Shown here: in pieces, positions 1 to 7,299 of the stretch | How positions within the stretch are numbered: the stretch's first letter is position 1 | How the letters are laid out: each line of letters opens with the position of its first letter | Assembly: GCA_900299295.1 (NCBI GenBank) | Contig: OMJH01000034.1 | Coordinates: 1,685-25,684, forward strand | Length of the DNA stretch: 24,000 nucleotides | Source of the DNA: Bacteroidota bacterium | GTDB taxonomy: Bacteria; Bacteroidota; Bacteroidia; B-17B0; Aurantibacillaceae | Direction: 5' to 3' | The notes under the pieces: generated by a model | Told to the model about the DNA's origin: nothing | What the model saw: the letters and a program-made list of their open reading frames with translations, nothing else | Databases searched by the model: none | Program-made: the position numbers and the translations under genes

Positions 1-214
1 AATTATATTTCAGTGAGATGGTATCCAAATCAACGAAAGCAAACCTTCCGCTTAAAGGTAAATTGGCACTGACCTTTTTTAAAGAATCAGCCGAAAGATT
101 GTCACTTTTTCTTATTGCTGTTTCCGACGAACCATTACCTTTAAAATCTCTGAAAAGAAGATATGATACTGCAAAAAACAACAACGCTAAAATATAATTT
201 ACAGGATTTTTCAT
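1..214 (-). CDS. OmpH/Skp-like periplasmic chaperone, N-terminal fragment (runs off window start)
   Basis: My own translation from the minus-strand ATG at 214-212 gives MKNPVNYILALLFFAVSYLLFRDFKGNGSSETAIRKSDNLSADSLKKVSANLPLSGRFAFVDLDTISLKYN. It has a hydrophobic N-terminal anchor or signal. The motif 'FAFVDLDTISLKY' resembles the start of the OmpH domain in Bacteroidota. The ORF is absent from the track because it has no stop in the window. A -7 box lies 14 nt upstream. Confidence 0.4.
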   Translation of the reverse strand, partial: MKNPVNYILALLFFAVSYLLFRDFKGNGSSETAIRKSDNLSADSLKKVSANLPLSGRFAFVDLDTISLKYN

Positions 215-227
215 TTGAAAATTTTTT

Positions 228-235
228 CAAAATTA
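228..235 (-). promoter_or_regulatory. Bacteroidota-type -7 promoter box (TAATTTTG on minus strand)
   Basis: Plus-strand caaaatta reads TAATTTTG on the minus strand, an exact match to the TAnnTTTG consensus. It lies 14-21 nt upstream of the ATG at 214. Confidence 0.3.
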
Positions 236-295
236 AGTAAAGTGCGTTTTGATTTTTAATTTTTATCGCTTTTCTATTAACTCCCGACTAACAAA

Positions 296-832
296 TCACT
301 TTCGGCCAAATGAAAAAAAATATTTCTCATAATATTTTTCGCTCAGGTCACTTATGATTACTCCTTTACTAACCGAAGCATGAATAAATTTTCCATTATA
401 CAGCAACAATCCCACATGCGACACTTTTTTGGACTCGATTTTAAAGAAAACAAGATCTCCCGCTACCACCTCATTTAAATTAATCGGTTTCGAAGAATTA
501 TATAAATCGGCTGAGGAACCTGAAATTTTCTTATTGAATATCTTGTCAGACATAATAACGACAAAAGCAGAACAATCAATTCCTTCCTTATCTTTTCCAC
601 CATATCGGTATGGCGTTCCCTCCCACTCGTTTATAAACTTCCATAGTGGAAATTCATTTTCAATTCTTTTTTCGGGTACCCCCATTAATAAAGCGTATCT
701 GGAAATAATTGGAGAGGTTAGAGAAGTTGAGGTAATTCTTTTAGCTCTGCAGGACGAGAAAAAAACAAGGAAAGATAGATGAATGACAAAAAAAACAACC
801 AGAGAACGAAAAAATTTTAACCTGTTAAACAA
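296..832 (-). CDS. NlpC/P60 (C40) family cell-wall peptidase lipoprotein
   Basis: The signal ends in a lipobox-like FFSSC. Catalytic-triad motifs are GIDCSAFV (Cys), SHVGLL (His) and FIHAS (His). It starts 8 nt after the SPFH stop, so it is probably co-transcribed. Confidence 0.85.
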   Translation of the reverse strand: MFNRLKFFRSLVVFFVIHLSFLVFFSSCRAKRITSTSLTSPIISRYALLMGVPEKRIENEFPLWKFINEWEGTPYRYGGKDKEGIDCSAFVVIMSDKIFNKKISGSSADLYNSSKPINLNEVVAGDLVFFKIESKKVSHVGLLLYNGKFIHASVSKGVIISDLSEKYYEKYFFSFGRK

Positions 833-840
833 CGGAAATT

Positions 841-1776
841 TTATTTTTGACCGGAAGCTGCATTCGCCACATTCATGTTGGAAAGTGCCATCATTTGTTT
901 CATAGTACGTTCCATGCCTTCGGTTGAACCGTCGAGGAAAATCACATTTCCTTTGCCCTGCTCAGCAAAATTTTTAACCGCTTCAGTCCACATGCTGAAT
1001 AATATTAAAGAAGCGTCTAAATTACTGTCGGCCATTAGCTTCGCGGCATGACTCATTCCTTTCGCAACTTCTTCACGAAACAAGGCAATTCCTTGACCGC
1101 GTAATTGTGCCGCCTCTTTTTCCGCCAAAGCAGCAATTTTAATTGCATTACCTTCTGCTTCGGCAGCTTTTGTTTTGGTAATTAATAATGCCTGGCCTTC
1201 GTTCTCGGCTGCGGCACGTAAATTACTTGAAGCTACCACCTTTGACATGGATTTCATCACTTCCTCATCAAAAGCAATATCGTTTACTTGTAAATCAATT
1301 AGATGATAACCCCACTCTTCTAAAGTTTTATCCATGTTTTCTTTAACAGCTTCCACAATCTCTCGTCGCAACGACAAAATCTCAGATTGTTTTTTAGTAG
1401 CTACAAACGCACGGATACTGCCTTCCACTGAACGAACCAAGGCCTGCATGAAATTTCGTTCATCTACAAATTTAAAAGCAACACTCTTAATCGTATTTTC
1501 TTCATTGTTCAATACAGAAAACAAAACCATGGCGGTGAAATTCACGTTCGCCTGATCAATGGTAGTTGCAGCAAAACCAAGCTCGACAGATTTGTTCTGA
1601 ATTGAAATTCGCTTATAAATCTGCTCGATGAGCGGAATACGAAAATTTAAACCAGGTGTTAAAATTCTACGGTATTTCCCAAACACGGTAATCACCGCAA
1701 CACTTCCCTGTTTAACCGTAACAAAACATAAAAAAAGAACTGCACCAATGAGAATTAAAAGTGGTAAAAAAGGCAT
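841..1776 (-). CDS. SPFH/Band 7 (stomatin/prohibitin/flotillin-like) membrane protein
   Basis: An N-terminal TM segment (MPFLPLLILIGAVLFLCFV) is followed by the SPFH signature VKQGSVAVITVFGKYRRILTPGLNFRIPLIEQI and an Ala/Glu-rich coiled-coil tail. The maximal ORF reaches 1848. I prefer the ATG at 1776 because a TAGTTTTG -7 box sits at 1798-1791, and 1848 would leave only 13 bp to the divergent TPR gene. Confidence 0.85.
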   Translation of the reverse strand: MPFLPLLILIGAVLFLCFVTVKQGSVAVITVFGKYRRILTPGLNFRIPLIEQIYKRISIQNKSVELGFAATTIDQANVNFTAMVLFSVLNNEENTIKSVAFKFVDERNFMQALVRSVEGSIRAFVATKKQSEILSLRREIVEAVKENMDKTLEEWGYHLIDLQVNDIAFDEEVMKSMSKVVASSNLRAAAENEGQALLITKTKAAEAEGNAIKIAALAEKEAAQLRGQGIALFREEVAKGMSHAAKLMADSNLDASLILFSMWTEAVKNFAEQGKGNVIFLDGSTEGMERTMKQMMALSNMNVANAASGQK

Positions 1777-1790
1777 AAGAAAAATTTTTT

Positions 1791-1798
1791 CAAAACTA
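1791..1798 (-). promoter_or_regulatory. Bacteroidota-type -7 promoter box (TAGTTTTG on minus strand)
   Basis: Exact TAnnTTTG match, 15-22 nt upstream of the ATG at 1776 and inside the longer ORF alternative. Confidence 0.3.
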
Positions 1799-1861
1799 CT
1801 AAATTTAACTCTTGGAAATGTATTTGTTGATATTTGGTGAAAAAACAATAAATTTATAGTA

Positions 1862-2917
1862 ATGAAGCCTCATGTTTTCTTTTTTTTCATTTTTGCGCTT
1901 GAAATCAGTTATTATTTCGCTCAGAAAAAAGATACGACGAGGCTACTTGAACCTGATTTGGTTTATTATAATAAAGGTTGTCAACTCATAGATTCAACTG
2001 ATTACAAGGAAGCAATTAAACTTTTTCATAAAGCACTTAAAATTAACTCTCAATTCACTCAGGCGATAAATAAAATTGCATATTGTAAATACAAATTAGG
2101 CGATGGTGAAGGTGCCGAAAAAGAATTGCAAAAATCATTGGAATTGGATCCCGATAACCTGACCACAATAAAGTATTACGGATTTATACTTTTTGAGGAC
2201 AAGAAATTCAGGCAAGCGAAAGCCTGCCTGGATAGTGCAAGAAAATTATCTACCTTAGATCACGAACTTGACTTCCTATTGGGTTGCATTAACCTAAGTG
2301 AAAAAAATTTAAAAACTGCACTTGCAAATTTCAACTCAGCAATCGAAATAAAAAACAATTATGCAGATGCATTTTTGAAACGCGGTTTTACATATTTCGA
2401 AATGAAAAATTATAAAAATTGTTTAGCGGACCTTGGCAGATATCAGTCGTTAAATCCAAATGACACTTTGAATACTCTGCTTTTTTCAACGAAAGGAAAT
2501 GCAAATTATAATCTGCAAAACTTTGCAGCGTCCATTTCAGATTATTCCCAATTATTGAAAATTAATCCTAAAAACGATACAGCATACTTAAACAGAGGTG
2601 CGGCAAAAATTGAAACGGGTGATTTTTCAGGCGCCATTGACGACGAAACAAATGCGACTAAAATCAGAAGCAATTCCTATGCTGCATTTAATCTGCGCGG
2701 TGTTGCGAAAGCCAGTCTAAAATCATACGCTGCCGCAATTGAAGACTTTGACAAAGCCATTAAACTTAAATTTGATTTTCATCCGGCCTATGTAAACAGA
2801 GCCTCCGTTCGGTATGCCATGAAAGATAAGAAAAAAGCATGTGATGATTTATACAAAGCGGATCAATTAGGGAGTAATACAGCATTCAAAATTATTGAAC
2901 AATATTGTAAAGATTAG
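1862..2917 (+). CDS. Secreted tetratricopeptide-repeat (TPR) protein
   Basis: Signal-like N-terminus MKPHVFFFFIFALEISYYFAQ. There are multiple 34-aa TPR units (e.g. AIKLFHKALKINSQFTQAINKIAYC, ALANFNSAIEIKNNYADAFLKRGFTYFEMKNY, AIEDFDKAIKLKFDFHPAYVNRASV). The C-terminal ACDDLYKADQLG motif is common in Bacteroidota TPR proteins. Confidence 0.85.
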   Translation: MKPHVFFFFIFALEISYYFAQKKDTTRLLEPDLVYYNKGCQLIDSTDYKEAIKLFHKALKINSQFTQAINKIAYCKYKLGDGEGAEKELQKSLELDPDNLTTIKYYGFILFEDKKFRQAKACLDSARKLSTLDHELDFLLGCINLSEKNLKTALANFNSAIEIKNNYADAFLKRGFTYFEMKNYKNCLADLGRYQSLNPNDTLNTLLFSTKGNANYNLQNFAASISDYSQLLKINPKNDTAYLNRGAAKIETGDFSGAIDDETNATKIRSNSYAAFNLRGVAKASLKSYAAAIEDFDKAIKLKFDFHPAYVNRASVRYAMKDKKKACDDLYKADQLGSNTAFKIIEQYCKD

Positions 2918-2923
2918 CTGCTA

Positions 2924-3955
2924 ATGAAAACAAACTCGGTTTTGAACACGGACAACGGAATAAACTATTTGAATGTAGTTTTGATGCTAATCAGTACCTC
3001 AATTGCTTTTTTTGTTCCTTTTCATTTGTTTCTTTTTGTTTATGCTGTTTTAGGCCCGCTGCATTACCTAACAGAATTATCATGGCTTGAAAAAAGAGAT
3101 TTCTTTATCAAAGAAAAATCTGACATTGCAGTATTTGTAATTATCTGTATCATCATTTTTCTCAGTTTTTTTGAAAATCAACTTGGAAATTATAATACTG
3201 CCCTAATCGTGACAGCCTTAATTTTTTCCGTTTGTTGCATACTTTTTAAAAACAAAATTTCAAGATATTTAATCGCCTTAACTAGCTTTTTATTGCTTGC
3301 CCGTTATTATCCGGACAATAAAATTTCAGAGCATGGGAATTTTCATCTGGTAATCATTTTCAGTATTTTGCTTCCCACATTAATTCATGTCTACGTATTT
3401 ACCGGAATGTTTTTACTTTCAGGTGCAGTGAAACAAAAATCACTTTCCGGTTATTTTTCCGTGTTCACATTCATCATGTGCACATTATCGTTTGTAGTTC
3501 TAAATCCAAGCTTAAATCAAAGCTTGTCTTCGGAGTTAAAACAGGTATTCGATCAGTTCAAGTGGATGAACAGAGGATTGCTCTACGTTTTAAATGCAGC
3601 AGGATTTGAAAAGCCTACAGACGTTTGGGCACTTCCGGACGAAATCATATATTCACACAAAGCGGGAATCGCTACAATGCGATTTATTGCCTTTGCCTAT
3701 TGTTATCATTATCTGAATTGGTTTTCAAAAACAGCGGTAATCAAATGGCATGAAATAAGTAAAATGAGAATGTGGATTATTCTTGGATTATGGATAGCCT
3801 CAGTAGCACTTTATGCCTTTCAATATCAAAGCGGCTTTTATGCGCTATTCATTTTAAGCATGCTACACGTATTATGTGAATTTCCACTTAATATTCACAC
3901 ATTCAATTTCCTCGGAAAAGCAATTTTTAAACCGAAAAAAACAAGAAAAACATAA
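2924..3955 (+). CDS. Polytopic membrane protein of unknown function (about 9 TM segments, TM-embedded His motifs)
   Basis: 343 aa with roughly nine hydrophobic stretches. Recurrent His motifs are GPLHYLTE, HGNFH (HxxxH), LIHVYVF, CYHYLNWF and MLHVLCEFP. It starts 6 nt after the TPR stop, so it is likely co-transcribed. I do not recognise the family. Confidence 0.7.
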   Translation: MKTNSVLNTDNGINYLNVVLMLISTSIAFFVPFHLFLFVYAVLGPLHYLTELSWLEKRDFFIKEKSDIAVFVIICIIIFLSFFENQLGNYNTALIVTALIFSVCCILFKNKISRYLIALTSFLLLARYYPDNKISEHGNFHLVIIFSILLPTLIHVYVFTGMFLLSGAVKQKSLSGYFSVFTFIMCTLSFVVLNPSLNQSLSSELKQVFDQFKWMNRGLLYVLNAAGFEKPTDVWALPDEIIYSHKAGIATMRFIAFAYCYHYLNWFSKTAVIKWHEISKMRMWIILGLWIASVALYAFQYQSGFYALFILSMLHVLCEFPLNIHTFNFLGKAIFKPKKTRKT

Positions 3956-4035
3956 CTAGTAAATGACAGTTAACATTTTTTCAAACTAAAAATAAAAAAA
4001 TCAATTTACTTCATTAACTTCATAAAAAAAACCCA

Positions 4036-4938
4036 ATGTTAAAACTCAACACAAAACGTATTCTCGTTCCCATCGATTTTTCTGAAACTTCCTTAATCGC
4101 AATACGCCATGCTTGCTTCCTCGCTAAAATAAATCGTGGAGAGGTTTTTTTATTGCATATAGTTTCAAGAAATCTTGAAGCATTCAATATAATTCAGGCA
4201 GAAATTAATCTTGATTTATCTTACAAGAACACCGCAACGGCAATTGAAAAAAAACTAGAGCAACTTGCTACGGAGTTAAAAGCTGAATTCGGAATTCCTG
4301 TTTTTGCTGAAGTATCAAGCGGAAATGTTTCGCTGGAAATTGTAAAAATATCAGAAGAAGAAAAATGCGGATTAATTGTAATGGGAACCCAAGGCTATTC
4401 TGCCCTGGAAATGATTTTCATCGGAAGTAATACTATGAAAGTTTTAGGGGCTTCAAAAAATCCGGTAATGTCTGTACGTACACCTGCCTCTGAAAATGGA
4501 TATAGAAATATCGTATTGCCCATTGATTCATCAACTCATTCCCGGCAAAAAGTCAATCTTGCTATTGAGTTATGTCATGATTTTGGAGCAAGATTGCATG
4601 TTATTGGTATGACTGACGATATGGATTCCTCATTCGAGATGAAGTTAGGCGTCATTTTCAACCAGATTGAAAAAATAGCCGATGTACGAAAGGTATTTGT
4701 GTCTACTTCCATAATACGTAATCCTGATAACAACGCCAAAGCAACGCTAAAATATGCTGAAGAAGTAAACGGTGATTTAATTATCATTATGAGCGATCAG
4801 GATGTAGAATATACCGGCATATTTTTAGGCCCTTATGCTTCACAAGTCATAAATTTTTCCAAAGTTCCTGTGCTAACCGTGATGCCTGTTCAAACCACCG
4901 ATATTACATTTGCAACACCCGGTACTGCCAGTTGGTAA
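4036..4938 (+). CDS. Tandem-domain universal stress protein (UspA family)
   Basis: Two Usp-like halves, each beginning with 'ILVPIDFSE' or 'IVLPIDSS' and ending with the ATP-loop-like 'LIVMGTQGYS' or 'LIIIMSD'. The 300-aa length is typical of tandem USPs. Confidence 0.8.
   Translation: MLKLNTKRILVPIDFSETSLIAIRHACFLAKINRGEVFLLHIVSRNLEAFNIIQAEINLDLSYKNTATAIEKKLEQLATELKAEFGIPVFAEVSSGNVSLEIVKISEEEKCGLIVMGTQGYSALEMIFIGSNTMKVLGASKNPVMSVRTPASENGYRNIVLPIDSSTHSRQKVNLAIELCHDFGARLHVIGMTDDMDSSFEMKLGVIFNQIEKIADVRKVFVSTSIIRNPDNNAKATLKYAEEVNGDLIIIMSDQDVEYTGIFLGPYASQVINFSKVPVLTVMPVQTTDITFATPGTASW
4905..4912 (+). promoter_or_regulatory. Bacteroidota-type -7 promoter box (TACATTTG) for gap
   Basis: Exact TAnnTTTG match, 37 nt upstream of the gap ATG (4949). 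It lies inside the 3' end of the usp CDS. Confidence 0.3.
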
Positions 4939-4948
4939 TTTTTCATAT

Positions 4949-5947
4949 ATGTCAAAAATACGAATAGCGATAAATGGTTTTGGACGGATAGGCCGCGTTT
5001 TTTTTCGCATTGCCCAACAATTTCCTCAACTTGAAATTGTGGCAATCAACGATTTAACCGATAGCAAAACATTATCACATTTGCTAAAATACGACTCGGT
5101 ACATCGCGGGTTTCCCGGTAACGTAGCATTTGACCAAAACCATCTAATTGTAAATGGCAAAAAAATCCCTGTAAGCAATGAGAAGGAAATAACGCAACTT
5201 CCATGGAAAAATTTTCAGGTAGATGTGGTAATTGAGTCGACAGGACATTGCCTTACTACAGCACTTGCCAAATCGCATATCGAAGCAGGAGCTAAAAAAG
5301 TAATTATTTCCGCTCCGGCAAATGATGACACTAAATCAGTTGTTTTGGGTGTGAATGACCAAATACTATCCTCAGAAGATATTATTGTTTCCAACGCGAG
5401 TTGCACAACTAATTGCGCTGCACCGATGATAAAAGTTCTTCAGGACAAATGGGGAATTGAAGAAGCTTTCATTTCTACTGTGCATGCTTACACCGGTGAT
5501 CAGCGTTTGCACGACTCACCGCATAAAGATTTGCGTCGTGCGCGTGCTGCTGCGATGAGCATTGTTCCCACCTCAACCGGAGCCGCCAAAGCCATCACTC
5601 GGATTTTTCCTGAACTCGAAGGGAAAATTGGTGGATGCGGAATGCGTGTGCCAGTGCCTGATGGTTCACTCACCGACATTACCTGTGTGCTGAAAAAATA
5701 TCCGACAGTCGATGAAATTAATACCGCATTTCGTGAAGCAGCAGAAAATTCAATGACAGGAATTTTAGAATATACAAGCGATCCACTTGTTTCAGTCGAC
5801 ATCATTGGCAATACACACAGCTGTGTGTATGATGCAGACTTTACTTCCATTGTTGGGAATTTAGTGAAAATCATCGGTTGGTACGACAATGAAGCTGGAT
5901 ATTCGGCCCGTCTCGCAGAATTAGCTATTAGATTATTTTCAAAATAA
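4949..5947 (+). CDS. gap: Type I glyceraldehyde-3-phosphate dehydrogenase
   Basis: N-terminal Rossmann motif MSKIRIAINGFGRIGR and active-site motif SNASCTTNCAAP, with the C-terminal WYDNEAGYS. The track ORF begins at 4910, but that extension (MQHPVLPVGNFSY) overlaps usp and is not GAPDH-like. The ATG at 4949 gives a canonical N-terminus. Confidence 0.95.
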   Translation: MSKIRIAINGFGRIGRVFFRIAQQFPQLEIVAINDLTDSKTLSHLLKYDSVHRGFPGNVAFDQNHLIVNGKKIPVSNEKEITQLPWKNFQVDVVIESTGHCLTTALAKSHIEAGAKKVIISAPANDDTKSVVLGVNDQILSSEDIIVSNASCTTNCAAPMIKVLQDKWGIEEAFISTVHAYTGDQRLHDSPHKDLRRARAAAMSIVPTSTGAAKAITRIFPELEGKIGGCGMRVPVPDGSLTDITCVLKKYPTVDEINTAFREAAENSMTGILEYTSDPLVSVDIIGNTHSCVYDADFTSIVGNLVKIIGWYDNEAGYSARLAELAIRLFSK

Positions 5948-5959
5948 TCCCAGAACTAA

Positions 5960-6592
5960 TTAAAAGATTTTATCCAAAAACTCTTGCAGTAATGAAGGCT
6001 GCAATACAGCCATAAAACACAGGCCGTACAGGGCTCCCCAGAAATGAGCGGAATGATCGATTCGATTCAGGAAAGGATTATTACTGCGCCGTGATGACAA
6101 ATAAAAACTAATTCCCAGATAAAACAAACCAAATATCCATGCCGGTACTGCAAATGGCAAGAATAAAAATCCCATCTGGCTGTTTGGATAAACCAAAATA
6201 AAAGCAAAAACCACCGCGTTCACGGCTCCGCTTGCTCCTAGTGAAATATAAGCTTCGTTGTCTTTGTTTTTAAAGAACTGATGAAGACTTGCTGCATAAA
6301 TTGCACTTGAATAAAACAGAACGAAAATAATTTTTCCGGTCAGAGGTGAGTAATGAATTGACAAATAATTTTCCAATGGCTCACCAAAAAAATAAAATCC
6401 AATCATATTAAAAATCAAATGCATCTCATCTGCATGAATAAATGCATGCGATAAAAACCTGAAGTGCTCGCCTGCATTTCGAATCCGAAAAGGAATAAAT
6501 GCGTAATGCATTAATCTTTCCTCCTTATTAAAACAGGTAAAGGAAAAAATTACGGTGAAGGCGATAATTCCGTATGTAAATGTAAATGGCAT
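5960..6592 (-). CDS. Rhomboid-family intramembrane serine protease
   Basis: Six-TM layout. Motifs are HADEMHLIFNM (HxxxxHxxxN), catalytic GASGAV, and the His-bearing helix SAHFWGALYG. It starts 8 nt downstream of the yhhQ-like stop. Confidence 0.85.
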   Translation of the reverse strand: MPFTFTYGIIAFTVIFSFTCFNKEERLMHYAFIPFRIRNAGEHFRFLSHAFIHADEMHLIFNMIGFYFFGEPLENYLSIHYSPLTGKIIFVLFYSSAIYAASLHQFFKNKDNEAYISLGASGAVNAVVFAFILVYPNSQMGFLFLPFAVPAWIFGLFYLGISFYLSSRRSNNPFLNRIDHSAHFWGALYGLCFMAVLQPSLLQEFLDKIF

Positions 6593-6600
6593 TTATAATT

Positions 6601-7299
6601 TCATTCGGAGGATTTTACGGACTCAGCTGTTAACTTGCCCGCTTCGTTCAATCCAAGGTAGCGCTTCACAATAAAGTGCATCAAATAAATTAATGGAGTA
6701 AGACTTACGGCGATCACAAGTTTTGTAGCATAACCCGTGAATCCATAATACATCACATCTGAAATTGTTTTTTTTCCGGGAAGATAAAAGCCAATAAACA
6801 ACACTAAAAAAGAATCCACCAGTTGCGAAATAACCGTTGAACCGGTACTGCGTAGCCAGATCAATTTTCCTCCGGTTAATTTACGCATCAACCAAAACAT
6901 TTTTATATCCACAAATTGTGAAACCAAAAACGCAAGGATACTGCCAATCATTATCCATAGCGAACCTGCAAAAATTTTATTGAATTCTTCTTCCTTTGCC
7001 CAGGATGTCGAACTAAACGGAAGCTGAACCGCAACGAAAACGACAAGAAAACAAAAACCGATACACATCGAGGTAATCCATGACAAGCGTTGCACGGCTT
7101 GTTTTCCGTAGTATTCGTTCATCACGTCGGTTAACAAAAAAACTACAGGCCAGGGAACGATGCCTGCAATAATTGGAAATAATCCAATATCCACTTCTTT
7201 CGCGCTGATTAATTCCGCAACAATAGCGTTGGTAATAAAAATACCTGCCATTCCTAAAAATAACCACTCTTTACGGGTACTCAGCATGAAATTTTTCAA
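6601..7299 (-). CDS. yhhQ: Vut/YhhQ-family transporter (queuosine-precursor transporter family)
   Basis: Polytopic protein with the family signature WPVVFLLTDVMNEYYGK (FP..F..TD...E.YG) and the downstream SQLVDSFLVLFIGF. The ATG at 7299 overlaps the bioA 3' end by 29 nt. The alternative ATG at 7287 still overlaps. Confidence 0.8.
   Translation of the reverse strand: MKNFMLSTRKEWLFLGMAGIFITNAIVAELISAKEVDIGLFPIIAGIVPWPVVFLLTDVMNEYYGKQAVQRLSWITSMCIGFCFLVVFVAVQLPFSSTSWAKEEEFNKIFAGSLWIMIGSILAFLVSQFVDIKMFWLMRKLTGGKLIWLRSTGSTVISQLVDSFLVLFIGFYLPGKKTISDVMYYGFTGYATKLVIAVSLTPLIYLMHFIVKRYLGLNEAGKLTAESVKSSE

Noticed and set aside
214-232. tttgaaaa / ttttcaaa inverted repeat next to the OmpH-like start
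   Set aside because: It is all-AT apart from one pair, its 2-nt centre cannot form a loop, and it overlaps the -7 box. It is most simply a consequence of the TAATTTTG promoter sequence in A/T-rich context.
429-782. 117-aa plus-strand ORF antisense to the NlpC/P60 gene
   Set aside because: It is a shadow ORF lying entirely inside a CDS with clear catalytic motifs on the other strand, and its low-complexity product has no recognisable features. The same reasoning applies to 1334-1555 and 1628-1840 (antisense to SPFH).
4910-4948. N-terminal extension of the GAPDH ORF (MQHPVLPVGNFSY) overlapping usp
   Set aside because: The canonical GAPDH N-terminus (MSKIRIAINGFGRIGR) starts at the ATG at 4949. 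The extension overlaps the usp C-terminus and contains the predicted promoter box.
4575-5889. Minus-strand ORFs 4575-4787, 5215-5406 and 5500-5889, antisense to usp and gap
   Set aside because: They are fully contained in strongly supported plus-strand genes (the GAPDH motifs are unambiguous). They are typical antisense shadow frames.
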